A stretch of DNA of 63,377 nucleotides, counting the filler, from Craspedostauros australis (lineage: Eukaryota), in the NCBI GenBank assembly GCA_030167865.1. It is 7 parts of 7 records of this genome, joined end to end, with 100 filler letters (N's around TTAATTAATTAA, not from the genome) between each part and the next. Parts side by side here need not be neighbours in the genome. Positions count along the whole stretch, not along the records: positions 1 to 10,751 come from JALAGF010000319.1; 6 more parts are not named here. The stretch is one strand, 5' to 3'. Positions within the stretch are counted from its first letter, which is position 1. Every line of letters begins with the position of its first letter. The translations under genes and the position numbers were made by a program. Below the pieces are notes generated by a model that searched no databases, was not told the origin of the DNA, and saw only the letters and a list, made by a program, of their open reading frames with translations. This document shows positions 1-10,851 of the stretch, piece after piece.

Positions 1-528
1 CACTTCCGGAGTACCAATGCAACTCGACCATTCCGTCACGACGAAACGTCGCTGATGCTGCTTCACATCGTGCTGTGATTGGTGGCTCATGACGCAGCAG
101 CCAGTCTAGTGACGTAGATGACGGATCAGACAGGCACAGGGTAGAATGGATCCAAACGCGCACTCGCCGCTTCTCCCAAAACTCTACAACTAGCGCTATC
201 GTGGACGGGGTGTTGGATGGTCTGATCGGAACACCTCAAAAAGAGACTAAACAATTCAAAATGNNNNNNNNNNNNNNNNNNNNNNNNNNNNNNNNNNNNN
301 NNNNNNNNNNNNNNNNNNNNNNNNNNNNNNNNNNNNNNNNNNNNNNNNNNNNNNNNNNNNCATATCCATCGGTCCGTAAAACTTAAAATAGGATCTAACT
401 CAAAAATGTAATGGTTAATTATTTGTATTAGACCTACAGGGATTACGAATATGTGCTTGGTTTGGACAACGGAGACAAAAATCCAAGAGGTCTATTTCAA
501 AGTGTTGGTCGACTCACTCGAGGGGCTC
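1..528. repeat. Interspersed repeat copy 1, probable DNA-transposon terminus, identical to 10852-11379
   Basis: Matches 10852-11379 base for base (offset 10851), including a 97-N gap at the same offset. Identity ends abruptly after ...GACTCACTCGAGGGGCTC, followed by TTA here and ATA in copy 2. Confidence 0.85.
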
Positions 529-956
529 TTAAATCACTTCTGGTACGGAATACTGTTTCGGATAAATCTGGATGACTGTCTCATCGAACACGTCAAAGGG
601 ATTCCTTCTGTCCATGAATTCGGTCGGCTTCTGCGTGTGTAGTACGCCGCAATGCGTGTTGTGCGTCACGAGCCTTCACTGAGTTCACGTGCGCGTTGGA
701 TTTTTGTCCACCTTGTCTCGCGTTATTACTTGCACACAAAAACAAAAATCCAGCCAATCCAACGGAATCCTCACAAACAACGAATCGCAGATTTTGTAAC
801 TCATCTCCATCGTCTCCATCATCTGCACAATCGCCTCCACCACCATCTGCAGCGATCAGCGATCAGCCATCTTCACAATCGCCTCCAGCAACCATACGTA
901 CACAACTACCACACACACGCACACACACGCACACGCACATACTCCACGTTCACACG

Positions 957-2426
957 ATGCCAGAAACCTCGCAGCGCCGTCGCCGGCAGACCAGACGTCG
1001 CCAGCACAGAAGATCCTTCCAAGATGACCACCAGCAACCTCCTGCCATGGTGGAGATCTCGCTGGAGCAGCCCTCCCCTTACAACGCAACGTTCTCATCG
1101 CAGGACGAGCTGCTGCGCAAGGCCATGCGCAAGCGCAGCAAGAACCAGTTCCTTCTGAAGCAGAAGGAGACGCAGGTGGCCGAGACGCTGAAGCAGCAGC
1201 AGGAGAAGCTGTCCAATGCGGCCACCGCGCAAGCCGTGAGCCGATCGATGCGTTCGCAGCGCACAACGGATGCGCCGCTGTTCGAGACCATGGGCGGCCT
1301 CACGCAGGAGGATCTGCTGCAGCAGGCCGTCAACCGCCGCGCCGCCCACTCCCAACGAGGCAGCGCGCATTCGTTGCGATCCGTCTTCAGCAACTCGCTG
1401 CGTTTGGGTCGCAGCCTCATGCCCAGCGCCAAAGCGGATGACGACGATGGTGATGCTGCGTCCGTCACCGAGTTGCATGCCTCCTCGCGATCGCAACGAG
1501 CCATGTCACGACGTGCGCGCCTCGCATCGCGGTTGCCGCCGAGACCGTGCTCGCAAACAGTCGCATCCGATGACGCCGACGACATGGACGACCAGGCGTA
1601 CGGCAGCGACGGCGACGATCAGCCCACCTCCTTCACCGGCGAAGTCAACTTCGCACCGAAGGGACGCCCCAAGCGCATCGCCTCGCGCGTCGTGCCGCAC
1701 GGTGCCACATCGTCTGGTCACAGCCGCGGCACCATCATGGATGCGCTGGAATCCTCGCTGCGGTTGGGACGCACCTTCTTTGGATCGTCATCCAATGCGA
1801 GTGGCAGAGACTCGCGCAGCATCCGAACTGCATCGGCTGGCCGTCGAGAGGTCGCCATCGAATTCTCCCAGCGATCCTTCGTGTCGTCGGACCAATCCTT
1901 CGAATCCGAGTATGATATGGACATCAAGAGCAACGATGGTGATGATTTCATGATCGGCAGCGACGACGAGTTCGACTTTGACGAACACGATGACGACGAC
2001 GATGATCACAAGCACAACAACAACAACAGCAACAACAACAACAACAACAACCAGCGTCCCACCACTCAAAAGAAGTCGTTGGGCTTCCGATCACGATGGA
2101 ACAGGAAGAACAAGGTCGCGGCCCCACAGTCCAACAGCAACGCCCAAAGCTCAATCGCCGTCAAGCGCATCAGCACCGGCGCCATGACGAACATCACCAA
2201 GTCATTGTCCGACGGCAACAGCTGGACGGAACGGTCGTCCGATCACACGGACGATGATGAGGTCGACGATGAGGTCCTCGTCACGGCCCTCACGCCCAAA
2301 ACTTGCCTGACCGCCGAGAAATTGGATCGCGCAATTTCGGAGCTCGAACACATGACGGAATTGGCCATCAACGAGGGACTCGATACGCAGCAGATCGTGC
2401 CACAGGAGATTCATTTTCAACTGTAA
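957..2426 (+). CDS. Hypothetical low-complexity, probably disordered protein (Ser/Arg/Asp-rich, poly-Asn tract)
   Basis: Long ORF (696-2426). First in-frame ATG is at 957, after a CA-rich leader. GC3-rich codon usage resembles neighbouring genes, and an AT-rich 3' region follows the TAA. No recognisable domain. Confidence 0.7.
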   Translation: MPETSQRRRRQTRRRQHRRSFQDDHQQPPAMVEISLEQPSPYNATFSSQDELLRKAMRKRSKNQFLLKQKETQVAETLKQQQEKLSNAATAQAVSRSMRSQRTTDAPLFETMGGLTQEDLLQQAVNRRAAHSQRGSAHSLRSVFSNSLRLGRSLMPSAKADDDDGDAASVTELHASSRSQRAMSRRARLASRLPPRPCSQTVASDDADDMDDQAYGSDGDDQPTSFTGEVNFAPKGRPKRIASRVVPHGATSSGHSRGTIMDALESSLRLGRTFFGSSSNASGRDSRSIRTASAGRREVAIEFSQRSFVSSDQSFESEYDMDIKSNDGDDFMIGSDDEFDFDEHDDDDDDHKHNNNNSNNNNNNNQRPTTQKKSLGFRSRWNRKNKVAAPQSNSNAQSSIAVKRISTGAMTNITKSLSDGNSWTERSSDHTDDDEVDDEVLVTALTPKTCLTAEKLDRAISELEHMTELAINEGLDTQQIVPQEIHFQL

Positions 2427-2722
2427 ACTGAGGCGCGTTGGTGCATAATATGCAACAGATAACGTATAATACGATACCATTCTAAAGCAAACTATACTTC
2501 ATAACATACAATACAATACGATCCAGAAAGTAGTCACAGACTATCGATTGCAAAGGGCACCCAAGATGGCATACTTGCATACACCAATCCCTCAACCACA
2601 AAGTTCAACGCAACACGCAAGGAGAGGATCAGCAGGAGTGAAAAACGAGCAAGGCTTCCGTATCACGGCTCATGCTGTATGATCGTCTATGACTGGCTGA
2701 GAATCCAACGTGGATTCAATCA

Positions 2723-5700
2723 TCATCCCCAGATCGATGTCTGCTGCTCCTGTAGCTGCTCGACCTTGCCATCTGCGCCCCATTCCCTGTACAGTCGGAT
2801 GGCCTCGTCAAAACGGTACCTCGCACCTTTCCTATCATCTTCCAGCAGCATGTGCCGCGCCAACCGTTCGTTCGCCAACGCCTGATCCTGGATCCAGCCA
2901 CCCCTCCCGGTGATCCGAATGGCGTCCTGATACATCTGGACCGCGTTGCGGAAGGCCTGCCGCCGATACGCGCCTCGCTTGCGCGCCTGGCACGCTGTCT
3001 TCTCCGCATTTACGATGGCAAGGTAATGTACCGCGTTGGGATTGCCCTTCTTCACGGCGGTTTGCAACATGTTGAGAGCCTGCGTGTGTACAGGCTTGAT
3101 GCGTCCGCGGTTGGATCGTGAAGCTTGATTCATGACGATCGTGGCCGATAATGCGGCGCAGAAGGCGGATGGGATGCCCGTCATGTGACCGGGTGTCAAG
3201 CGTTGCCGTTCGGCGATGGCTTGAATGCGAACCTCAACGACTTGTTCATAATCGCCAAAGTAAGTGGCGACGTACATCTTGGCTTGGCTCATCATGTACC
3301 GCATTGAAGAATCATCAGCTTGTTTGAGGCGATGGGTGGCTGCCACTTCATCGAATGCGTCACCGACCAGCAGAGTGCGATGATCGGATCTGCCCATGAG
3401 ATTCAACACTATCTGCCATCGGATCGAGAGTTGTTGGGCCACCTTGGCTTGGTTGAAGTCCACGCAGATCTTCGTGTACGTCGAGTAGTCGGTGTCGAGG
3501 CTGGCGAGCGATCGTGCCGTAAATCTGCACAAGTCGAGGTAGAAGACGATGGACCACAGTGCGATTTGGACGTCACCTCCGGCCATCGCAATGGGATACA
3601 CATCCAGCAGCGGCTGCTTGCACGATTCGAAGGGGACGATGTTATTCAGGACCAAGCTGTACGTGAACACCACCGTCCTGGACGCTGCTGACGGATCTGA
3701 AATGGTTTTGTTGATCTGCAAACCATGGTTGCCGTATGCCTTTGCAGCTTGCATATCGCCAAGGATGGGACCAATCAGCAATGATAGATTTCCGATACAA
3801 AGTGGGGCGAAGTTTGTTCTTCCCTTCTTCATAGTCGCCTTGACCATGTCGAGTAGGATCAGCGGATACACGTCGGGGTCGCACAAAAGTGAAGTGAGAG
3901 ATTGTATGCAAAGGGTCTTGAGTGCCATTTCTACCATCGGGTCCTCCGCTGGCTCAAGTGACTCCAAATACTCGATTGTCCACTTCCTCGCAGATCGCTT
4001 AAGTTTGAGCATACCCTTTGCCAGGCACAACGAGCGCATGCGTTTGTTCTTTGGGTATCGATATCCGAGCTTCGCAAGGACATCATAACCGAGCTGCATC
4101 ATGTCCGTCGCCTTGTCATGATGGTTCATGGTGCTCAGTCCCTCCATCAGAACGTGATATGCCCTCATCTTGTCGATCAATGGACAGTCGTCCAATTCGA
4201 TCACTTCATGGCCGTACTCTTGCATCTTGTCGAACTTGTTGCTCACATACGCGCATTCAGCGGCCGATGTGAACAACTGGATGCTCATCTCGCGATGTGA
4301 CTGCCAATGGCAAGGTGGCATCAAGTCGATGGCGTTCTGGAAGTAGCTGAAGGCCCCTCTGAAAGCGCCGTGTAATACAGCCTTGGTACCCGCATCGAAG
4401 TTGAGTCTGGCAATGCGGAAGCGTCTGCTTTGAGCAAGAGCACTGCTGTCGTTGTAGTTCTCGTTGTCGTTGTTGCGCTGCGCAGACTGAATCGACGGTG
4501 GATACGGTGGAATCATATCCGATCGACTATTGAGCAGATTCGTGATCACGAACAGTGACGTTTCGAAGTCGTCAGGTATGAGTCGATCCATCAGGATGAT
4601 GCCGATGCGATACTGCAGCTCCGTGAGTTGCATCTTGGACGGGATGATTGCCAAGGCGGCCTCCTGTACCTTGTCATGGATGAAGGAGCACTCTGATACG
4701 ACCGATGATGCCGACGTCGTGTGTATGCTCGTACTCATGCTGGTGCCCATTTCTATGAGCTCGCTGTTTTCGTCATCGTCATAGATGCTACTGTCGTTGC
4801 TGTTCTTGCTGTTCTTGCTGTTGTTGTAGCTGTTGCTGCTGTCCATGTGAGACTCGATCAGCCCCTCTTCCTCGTACGTCTTCAGGATACTCAGCCACTC
4901 ATCCTCGCTGCTTGGTGGTGGTCCACCAAACAACGACTCGTAAAATGTACGATGACCTTCATCGTTCGTCCTCCTGCCATCCTCAACGAAGCCTTCCAAC
5001 GTCGTCCGCAACAGCATCCACGAGAACGTAGATCCCAGACACGCTGCCAATGGCAACATGTACTTGGCCGTCTCGATCTGTTGCAGCTTCAGCTCCATCA
5101 ACTCCACCACGTTGATGGTCGCAGGAGTCTCTTGCTTGATCTGCTCGTTGTCCCACACCCACTTCATCGATGCCATGTCGTATGTGAGGAGGTTGTCGTT
5201 GACGAGCATGCGGAGGAATTGCTGGACGAAGAAGACGTTGCCATCTGTCTTCTTGAACACGATCTCTGCCAGTCCGTAGCTGCTGTCGTTACCGCTGCTG
5301 TGAGCATGGGCATCACCATCGCCACCATTGCCAATGTCATCGTCGCTGTAGATCCCCAGCAGTTGCTTCAGCATGACGTGTACATCATCCAACGGCATGT
5401 TATTGACTTCCAGATCCACATATCGAATGAATCGCTCACGTCTCTTCTTCTGAATAGACGCCAGCATCTGGCTGATGTGACTGATTCTGCTCGATACGCT
5501 CGCTGTATCCGAGCTCTGTGCTGGACCATCAGAATCGACGAGGTTGGATCGGAAGCATACGACCACCATGAGAGATGAGATGGTGGTGTCCAACATCCAC
5601 GATTCGATCATGTCCAGTGATTCCTTGTCGGCCCATTGGACATCGTCCGATACCCACACCAGGGGACAGCAGTGGCAGATGATCTTGATGAAGCGACGGA

Positions 5701-6883
5701 AGGCGAACTTGAGTGCGATCGACTGCTGTTTGAAGCCCTTGGCTGCGTGCGCACGCTGAGCAGTAGATACGACAGTGCCATCGTCATTGATATTGGCGTT
5801 CCTTCCTGTTGCTGCTGTGATGTCAGGATGCTCCAGTGCATCGCTGCCAATCACATCCACGAGGTTGGGAATGATCTTGACGAGTGCCTGCAGCTCGTCG
5901 ACGTTGAGTGCTTCTGTGATGCTGTCTCGAATGCCATCGAAGCTTCGAGTATTCTTCACCTTGTGCGTGTTGTGCGTGTTGTGCCCTTTGCTCGTCGTGG
6001 TTGGCTGTTCTACGGCGGTCTTGTGAGTACCAGCACCAGACGTCCTCGGGAGGCTGCAGATCTGTGAGCACAGATCGGCCATGGCGGTTCGGAAACCGGA
6101 ATACGGCTCATCCATCTGCTTGAGATCGAACTTGCCGGTGACGAAGAAGATGTGATTGGCCTTGCATTTGGGTCGCAGCGTCGCCGCCAGTGCCGATTTG
6201 CCTGTGCCGGAGTATCCGGAGATGGAAACGAAGGAGCGGACGGTGCTCTCCGTATCAGCATCAACATCGGAGGCGGCTGATTCGCTGCCTTTGAATGCGG
6301 CCGCGGTCTTCGTGGCGCCTCTGTCGTTGCTATCGCCATCATCGGTCTGAGATGAACCGACAGGGGTGTTAAGATTTGGATCTTCATCCGACGAAACCAT
6401 TCCTGGTGCTGGTCGTTTGGCCGGTGCACCAACATGCTTGACGCTTTTGAGGATCTGCTGGAATGCTCGGTCCAGGACCCGCTTCTCCTTGTCTCTTCCC
6501 ACCAGCGAGATGCGCGAGAAGTCGAGAGATGATCGCGAGATTTCGGCTAGCTTTCTGGCTGTGCGCATGTTGTTGGTTTCGGTTGCCAACGTCAGCTGAT
6601 GAAGGGACTCAGCTCCACTGGAAGCCCTGGCACCCGCACCGTTCGCGACGGTGTGAGCAGAGCCCAGCCTTATCGAGCGGCCTCCATGGTTGCTGCATCG
6701 CATTTCCTGCCGGTCCGATGATAACGACAATGGCAACGACGATGTTGATGCCACCGTGTCGGTGTACCTTTCCGACGAGACATTCGAAGCGGTGGAGACG
6801 GTGTCTGAGAAGCTCTGCGGGGATTTGGATCCCTTGCGGTGGTCCGAAGACATCATCGTTTGTGACATGGTAGATGCCGTCAT
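2723..6883 (-). CDS. STAND-class (AAA_16/COG3899-like) P-loop ATPase with helical TPR-like C-terminal region; no kinase or histidine-kinase domain visible
   Basis: Intronless ORF of about 1386 codons from ATG 6883. Motifs: LVGRDKE, Walker A GYSGTGKS, GKFD..(E)PYS, Walker B-region SDDVQWAD, KTDGNVFF, FIHDKVQEAA, and C-terminal ALANERLA...YREWGADGKVEQL, all typical of the COG3899 ATPase module. Confidence 0.85.
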   Translation of the reverse strand: MTASTMSQTMMSSDHRKGSKSPQSFSDTVSTASNVSSERYTDTVASTSSLPLSLSSDRQEMRCSNHGGRSIRLGSAHTVANGAGARASSGAESLHQLTLATETNNMRTARKLAEISRSSLDFSRISLVGRDKEKRVLDRAFQQILKSVKHVGAPAKRPAPGMVSSDEDPNLNTPVGSSQTDDGDSNDRGATKTAAAFKGSESAASDVDADTESTVRSFVSISGYSGTGKSALAATLRPKCKANHIFFVTGKFDLKQMDEPYSGFRTAMADLCSQICSLPRTSGAGTHKTAVEQPTTTSKGHNTHNTHKVKNTRSFDGIRDSITEALNVDELQALVKIIPNLVDVIGSDALEHPDITAATGRNANINDDGTVVSTAQRAHAAKGFKQQSIALKFAFRRFIKIICHCCPLVWVSDDVQWADKESLDMIESWMLDTTISSLMVVVCFRSNLVDSDGPAQSSDTASVSSRISHISQMLASIQKKRRERFIRYVDLEVNNMPLDDVHVMLKQLLGIYSDDDIGNGGDGDAHAHSSGNDSSYGLAEIVFKKTDGNVFFVQQFLRMLVNDNLLTYDMASMKWVWDNEQIKQETPATINVVELMELKLQQIETAKYMLPLAACLGSTFSWMLLRTTLEGFVEDGRRTNDEGHRTFYESLFGGPPPSSEDEWLSILKTYEEEGLIESHMDSSNSYNNSKNSKNSNDSSIYDDDENSELIEMGTSMSTSIHTTSASSVVSECSFIHDKVQEAALAIIPSKMQLTELQYRIGIILMDRLIPDDFETSLFVITNLLNSRSDMIPPYPPSIQSAQRNNDNENYNDSSALAQSRRFRIARLNFDAGTKAVLHGAFRGAFSYFQNAIDLMPPCHWQSHREMSIQLFTSAAECAYVSNKFDKMQEYGHEVIELDDCPLIDKMRAYHVLMEGLSTMNHHDKATDMMQLGYDVLAKLGYRYPKNKRMRSLCLAKGMLKLKRSARKWTIEYLESLEPAEDPMVEMALKTLCIQSLTSLLCDPDVYPLILLDMVKATMKKGRTNFAPLCIGNLSLLIGPILGDMQAAKAYGNHGLQINKTISDPSAASRTVVFTYSLVLNNIVPFESCKQPLLDVYPIAMAGGDVQIALWSIVFYLDLCRFTARSLASLDTDYSTYTKICVDFNQAKVAQQLSIRWQIVLNLMGRSDHRTLLVGDAFDEVAATHRLKQADDSSMRYMMSQAKMYVATYFGDYEQVVEVRIQAIAERQRLTPGHMTGIPSAFCAALSATIVMNQASRSNRGRIKPVHTQALNMLQTAVKKGNPNAVHYLAIVNAEKTACQARKRGAYRRQAFRNAVQMYQDAIRITGRGGWIQDQALANERLARHMLLEDDRKGARYRFDEAIRLYREWGADGKVEQLQEQQTSIWG

Positions 6884-8590
6884 CTCAGCTACTGTACGCC
6901 TTACCTTCAACGATCAGTGCACAGATGTGGAATTTTGAGATGAATGTTGGTTTTGCTCCCAGCAGTGATTGTGAGCAGGGCGCTCATTCTATTACTTATT
7001 TTTGGAGGGTGCGCGAACGGTACGAACGTGGTGCGTGGGTAAGAGAGGATCACGATTATTTGCAGCAGCAAAAGCTTGGGTGAATCATGGGTGTGGCGTG
7101 GCAGCCAATGATGATGGTCTTCAACCCTCTTGTGTTGGTTGCCGCGGAGGCGATTCGCGACTTCCGTCCCAGCACATATGGAAGCTTGTGATTTGGTTGC
7201 AAGGCGAAAAGACATGTTGATGTTGGTGTGTTGTTTCCATGCCTTCGCCCAACATCACATCCGAGCGAGCCAGGGCCTATGTCTTTGCATCATGTGGTGG
7301 GCAAAGCGGCGGCCGTGCCGGAGGGGCTGATGAAATGATCCTTGTCCCGGAACAAGAGAGGGGAACATCACAAACACGTGATTCAGCCAGAGCGTCAGGG
7401 TCGCCCTTCGCTATTTTTCTGGTCTTGGTCTCAGTGTTTCACTTCTCGTCTATCGGTTATACACGACATACTACTGGTGAACCTCTGGCGTTGACAAGTA
7501 TAGCGTTGTGACGAGCAACAAAGAATAATTGGGCCCGTACCCATCGCCGCGACTGAGAGAAAACCGGCGGGAGATGCACAAGAACAGCGGTACCTCGCAA
7601 AGAAGGTACGACCGATTCTGCTCTATCCATTTCCAGGCGTTCCTGGCCCGCGCATTTTCGCCTGTTGGGAAAGGTTCGGCTTACCACAGATGAGGTGGCG
7701 GTGTGACAAGGATGACCTGTCGGGGACTTACACCTGTTTCGAAACGGCATCGTTGAGGCCTCGTCTTGTGTTAGTGACAATGTCGTCTTGATCCACCATC
7801 ATCCGCGAAAACACTTCGCCGAAGGTACTGAAAATTGACCATCTGCAAAACGGTATCACATGGACACCAATCATCTCGTGATAGAACGATGCGAGAGCAG
7901 ACGCATTGTTGGTTGTTTTATTTATTTCAGCTGGAGGACACTTCCAAATGACACAGCAAATACACGGACAACAGAGTTCTTGGGTTGGAGGGATAGCATA
8001 TCGACAACGTGTAGAGAGACACGGATCCTGATGATGTTGGTTGTTGTGGGAACTTCCTGCCATTGCGAGAAAAATGTGATTGTCCTTTTTTAAATGCACC
8101 GCTTTCACGCTCTCTCTCTGTCTCTCTGGTTGCCGAGAGAAGTATTGTCCTCCTTTTGAAATCTGACAAGGTTGGAGGATGGAGTTTCAACGAACCACGC
8201 TGGTCGGAGAGGCAAGAGCAACGATGTCTCAGAAAAGTCGGACTTTGCGCTGCCTTCAGCATCAAGTTCGCTCGCGTTGTACTTACGACACTCGCATCAA
8301 GCAACACGATGGTGAAAGGCGGCAAACATGTCAACTCGCTCGAACACAAGACACGAGCTGCTCATTCTCACAATTCCACAAACCAGATTCTTCCCACCAT
8401 TCGATCTGCTTCGTCCGTATCGCCATCTGCATCGGCAAGCACGGCACTGATCTTCGACGTTCGTCCAACGCCCTCGACCCATCTATCAGTTGGTGTATAA
8501 GTACACCTCGCTTCACAGCACGAATACATACTGCAGTGACTATTCCCAAGGACTTGTCGGGCAGACCACGCCGCCACCATCATCATCATC

Positions 8591-10336
8591 ATGTCAAGAG
8601 TGACTGAGAAAGACCTTGCGGATGCGGCCGAACAGGGAGACATGGAAACCGTCAAGTTGTGGAAACAGCAAAACCCGAGCAACTCCAAGGATCCATCCAA
8701 GGTCCCAAACGGGGACAAGCTGCTGCACACCGCACGCAAGCACGGCCACGTCAACTTTGCGAAGTACATGATTGGATCATGCGGAGCGAATCCCAGCGCC
8801 CCCATCGATGGCCGGTACACCCGCACTGCGATGTTTGCTGCATGCGATCATCCAACTCCCACAATCTTGGAGTATTTGATCACATCAGGAAGAGTTGATT
8901 CCAGCCGTCAGGATGGCAACGGAAGAACAGTGCTGCACCATGCAAGCCAAAAAGGATTTGTCGATGTTGTGAAGCAGTTGCTGTCATTGAGAGAAATGGA
9001 CGTCAATCGTCAAGACGACCGTGGGAGAACGGCGTTCCACCTTGCCTGCGAAGAGGGACATTTCGAGATTGTGAAGTGTCTCGTGGCTTCAGGAAGAGCA
9101 GACCTCGACCTTCGAGATCGCGATTACACGACAGGGTTTTGGCGCACTGTCGAGAAGGGGCACCTGAACATTGCGAAGTTCTTGATCAAGTCAGTTGCAG
9201 CAGAACCCACACCTAACCTGAAAAGAAGCAAGCACGCACTTAACTCAGCATGCGAACAGGGATGGTTCGACACTGTCAAAGAGTTCATAGAGGCATCCGA
9301 GCTGAATTCGGAGTTCCAAGAGATTGTTGGGATGAATGCATTTCTGGGTGCATGGGAGCGGGGCCAAAGGGATATTACGGAGTACCTGATGAATTCGGGC
9401 GCAGTTGATGTGAACAGCAAGGGTGACTATGGTCGGTCTCTTCTCCACATCGCATGCCGCGACAATGACGTACGTCTGGTGACGTACTTGGTGGAGTCAC
9501 ACAGTGCGGACGTTAGCATTGAGGACGAGTGGGGCAGCCTTCCATTCCACTATGCATGCCGAAGCAGATCCAAGGATGTCAGGGAGTACTTCATGGAGTC
9601 ACACAATGTCGACATCAACGTTCAAAACAAGAATGGCGACACTGCACTCCATCAAGCGTTCAAAGACCCTGATGGTGTCTCTTCTGGGTTGGCGAAGTAC
9701 TTGATCGAATCATGTGAGATAGATCTCACCATCGAGAACAATGATGGCAAGACAGCGTTTGAGAGTATGGATCATGAACCAGAGACAGATGGCTGGAAGT
9801 TAAGGGATGCGATGTACTGGGGCGAAGAATACCTGGACTTTGCTCGCATGTTCCACAATGAATTGATACGAAAGATTGAACAGGAACGGGAGAGGAAATC
9901 CAACCACCCATCACAAAACAACATGTCGGGCCCGGAGCCTGGTCGCGATCAGCATGGGCCTCATGCTCTTCGCGAACAGGCGGTGTCCGATCTCACCTTC
10001 TTGGCTGGATCCGGTGAAGTCCAAGAAGCAATCAAAGCAAAGAGCACAATCCTTCTATTGGCTCAACCATCCATCAAAGCAATCATCGACTCCGGTAGCG
10101 TCCATACTCGTACAAGTCCAGAAGACGGCACCCAACACACAACCATCAACCTTTCTCAACATCACCCGAAGCACGTCCGTGGAGTTCTTCAATGCATCTG
10201 TTTTGGTGACATGTCATTCATCAAGGCTGGCGAGATGGCCAATGAGAGCGATCTCCAAGGCTTGCTGTTGGCGGCAAAGCAGTTTGGATGCTCAGAGCTG
10301 AAGGTAGCCATCGAAGAAGAACTAGCGGAGAAGTGA
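8591..10336 (+). CDS. Ankyrin-repeat protein with C-terminal BTB/POZ-like domain
   Basis: Multiple ankyrin repeats (GRTVLHHASQKG, GRTAFHLACEEG, GRSLLHIACRDN, GDTALHQA). The C-terminus SDLTFLAG...TINLSQHHPKHVRGVLQCI...LLLAAKQFGCSELKVAIEEEL follows the BTB consensus pattern. Confidence 0.8.
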   Translation: MSRVTEKDLADAAEQGDMETVKLWKQQNPSNSKDPSKVPNGDKLLHTARKHGHVNFAKYMIGSCGANPSAPIDGRYTRTAMFAACDHPTPTILEYLITSGRVDSSRQDGNGRTVLHHASQKGFVDVVKQLLSLREMDVNRQDDRGRTAFHLACEEGHFEIVKCLVASGRADLDLRDRDYTTGFWRTVEKGHLNIAKFLIKSVAAEPTPNLKRSKHALNSACEQGWFDTVKEFIEASELNSEFQEIVGMNAFLGAWERGQRDITEYLMNSGAVDVNSKGDYGRSLLHIACRDNDVRLVTYLVESHSADVSIEDEWGSLPFHYACRSRSKDVREYFMESHNVDINVQNKNGDTALHQAFKDPDGVSSGLAKYLIESCEIDLTIENNDGKTAFESMDHEPETDGWKLRDAMYWGEEYLDFARMFHNELIRKIEQERERKSNHPSQNNMSGPEPGRDQHGPHALREQAVSDLTFLAGSGEVQEAIKAKSTILLLAQPSIKAIIDSGSVHTRTSPEDGTQHTTINLSQHHPKHVRGVLQCICFGDMSFIKAGEMANESDLQGLLLAAKQFGCSELKVAIEEELAEK

Positions 10337-10751
10337 GAAGGTGGTGAAATAGAGTGGAGTGCGGTATTGAGTTGTGCAATAAACAATAGTCGTATGAATG
10401 GAGTATGGTCATCTGGTGTGGTGTTGTTGTTTTGCTTTCCCCTTGCGTTGTATAGTAGTCTATATCCCAGTTGATCCTCAAGTTGTGGTTGTTCTTGTGC
10501 ACATCCATCATCCTTCTCCTGTTGCGCGGATGTGTGCGGATGCGAAGGTCCATTCTGGCAGAGACTCTCCGCGAAAGCTGCGAGCCCTGCACCCGTTCCG
10601 TTCCATCCAGTTCCGTCCAGTTCGACCAACTCCATTTAGGATCTGCGTGGTCCGACCAAGCTCCAGACAAAGATGGATGAGTCGATCGTGGGCAATCTTC
10701 GCTTGACACAACAAGCGGTTTGCTGTCCTGTGTTCTGCTCGGCTTGCTCCG

Positions 10752-10851
10752 NNNNNNNNNNNNNNNNNNNNNNNNNNNNNNNNNNNNNNNNNNNNTTAAT
10801 TAATTAANNNNNNNNNNNNNNNNNNNNNNNNNNNNNNNNNNNNNNNNNNNN
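10752..10851. other. Artificial contig-joining linker (44N-TTAATTAATTAA-44N)
   Basis: Six-frame stop linker of exactly 100 nt. The same linker recurs at 41961-42060, 50490-50589, 53908-54007, 59942-60041 and 62077-62176. Confidence 0.97.

Noticed and set aside
10796..10807. TTAATTAATTAA palindrome recurring six times between N runs
   Set aside because: Artificial six-frame-stop linker used to concatenate contigs. Adjacency across linkers carries no biological meaning.
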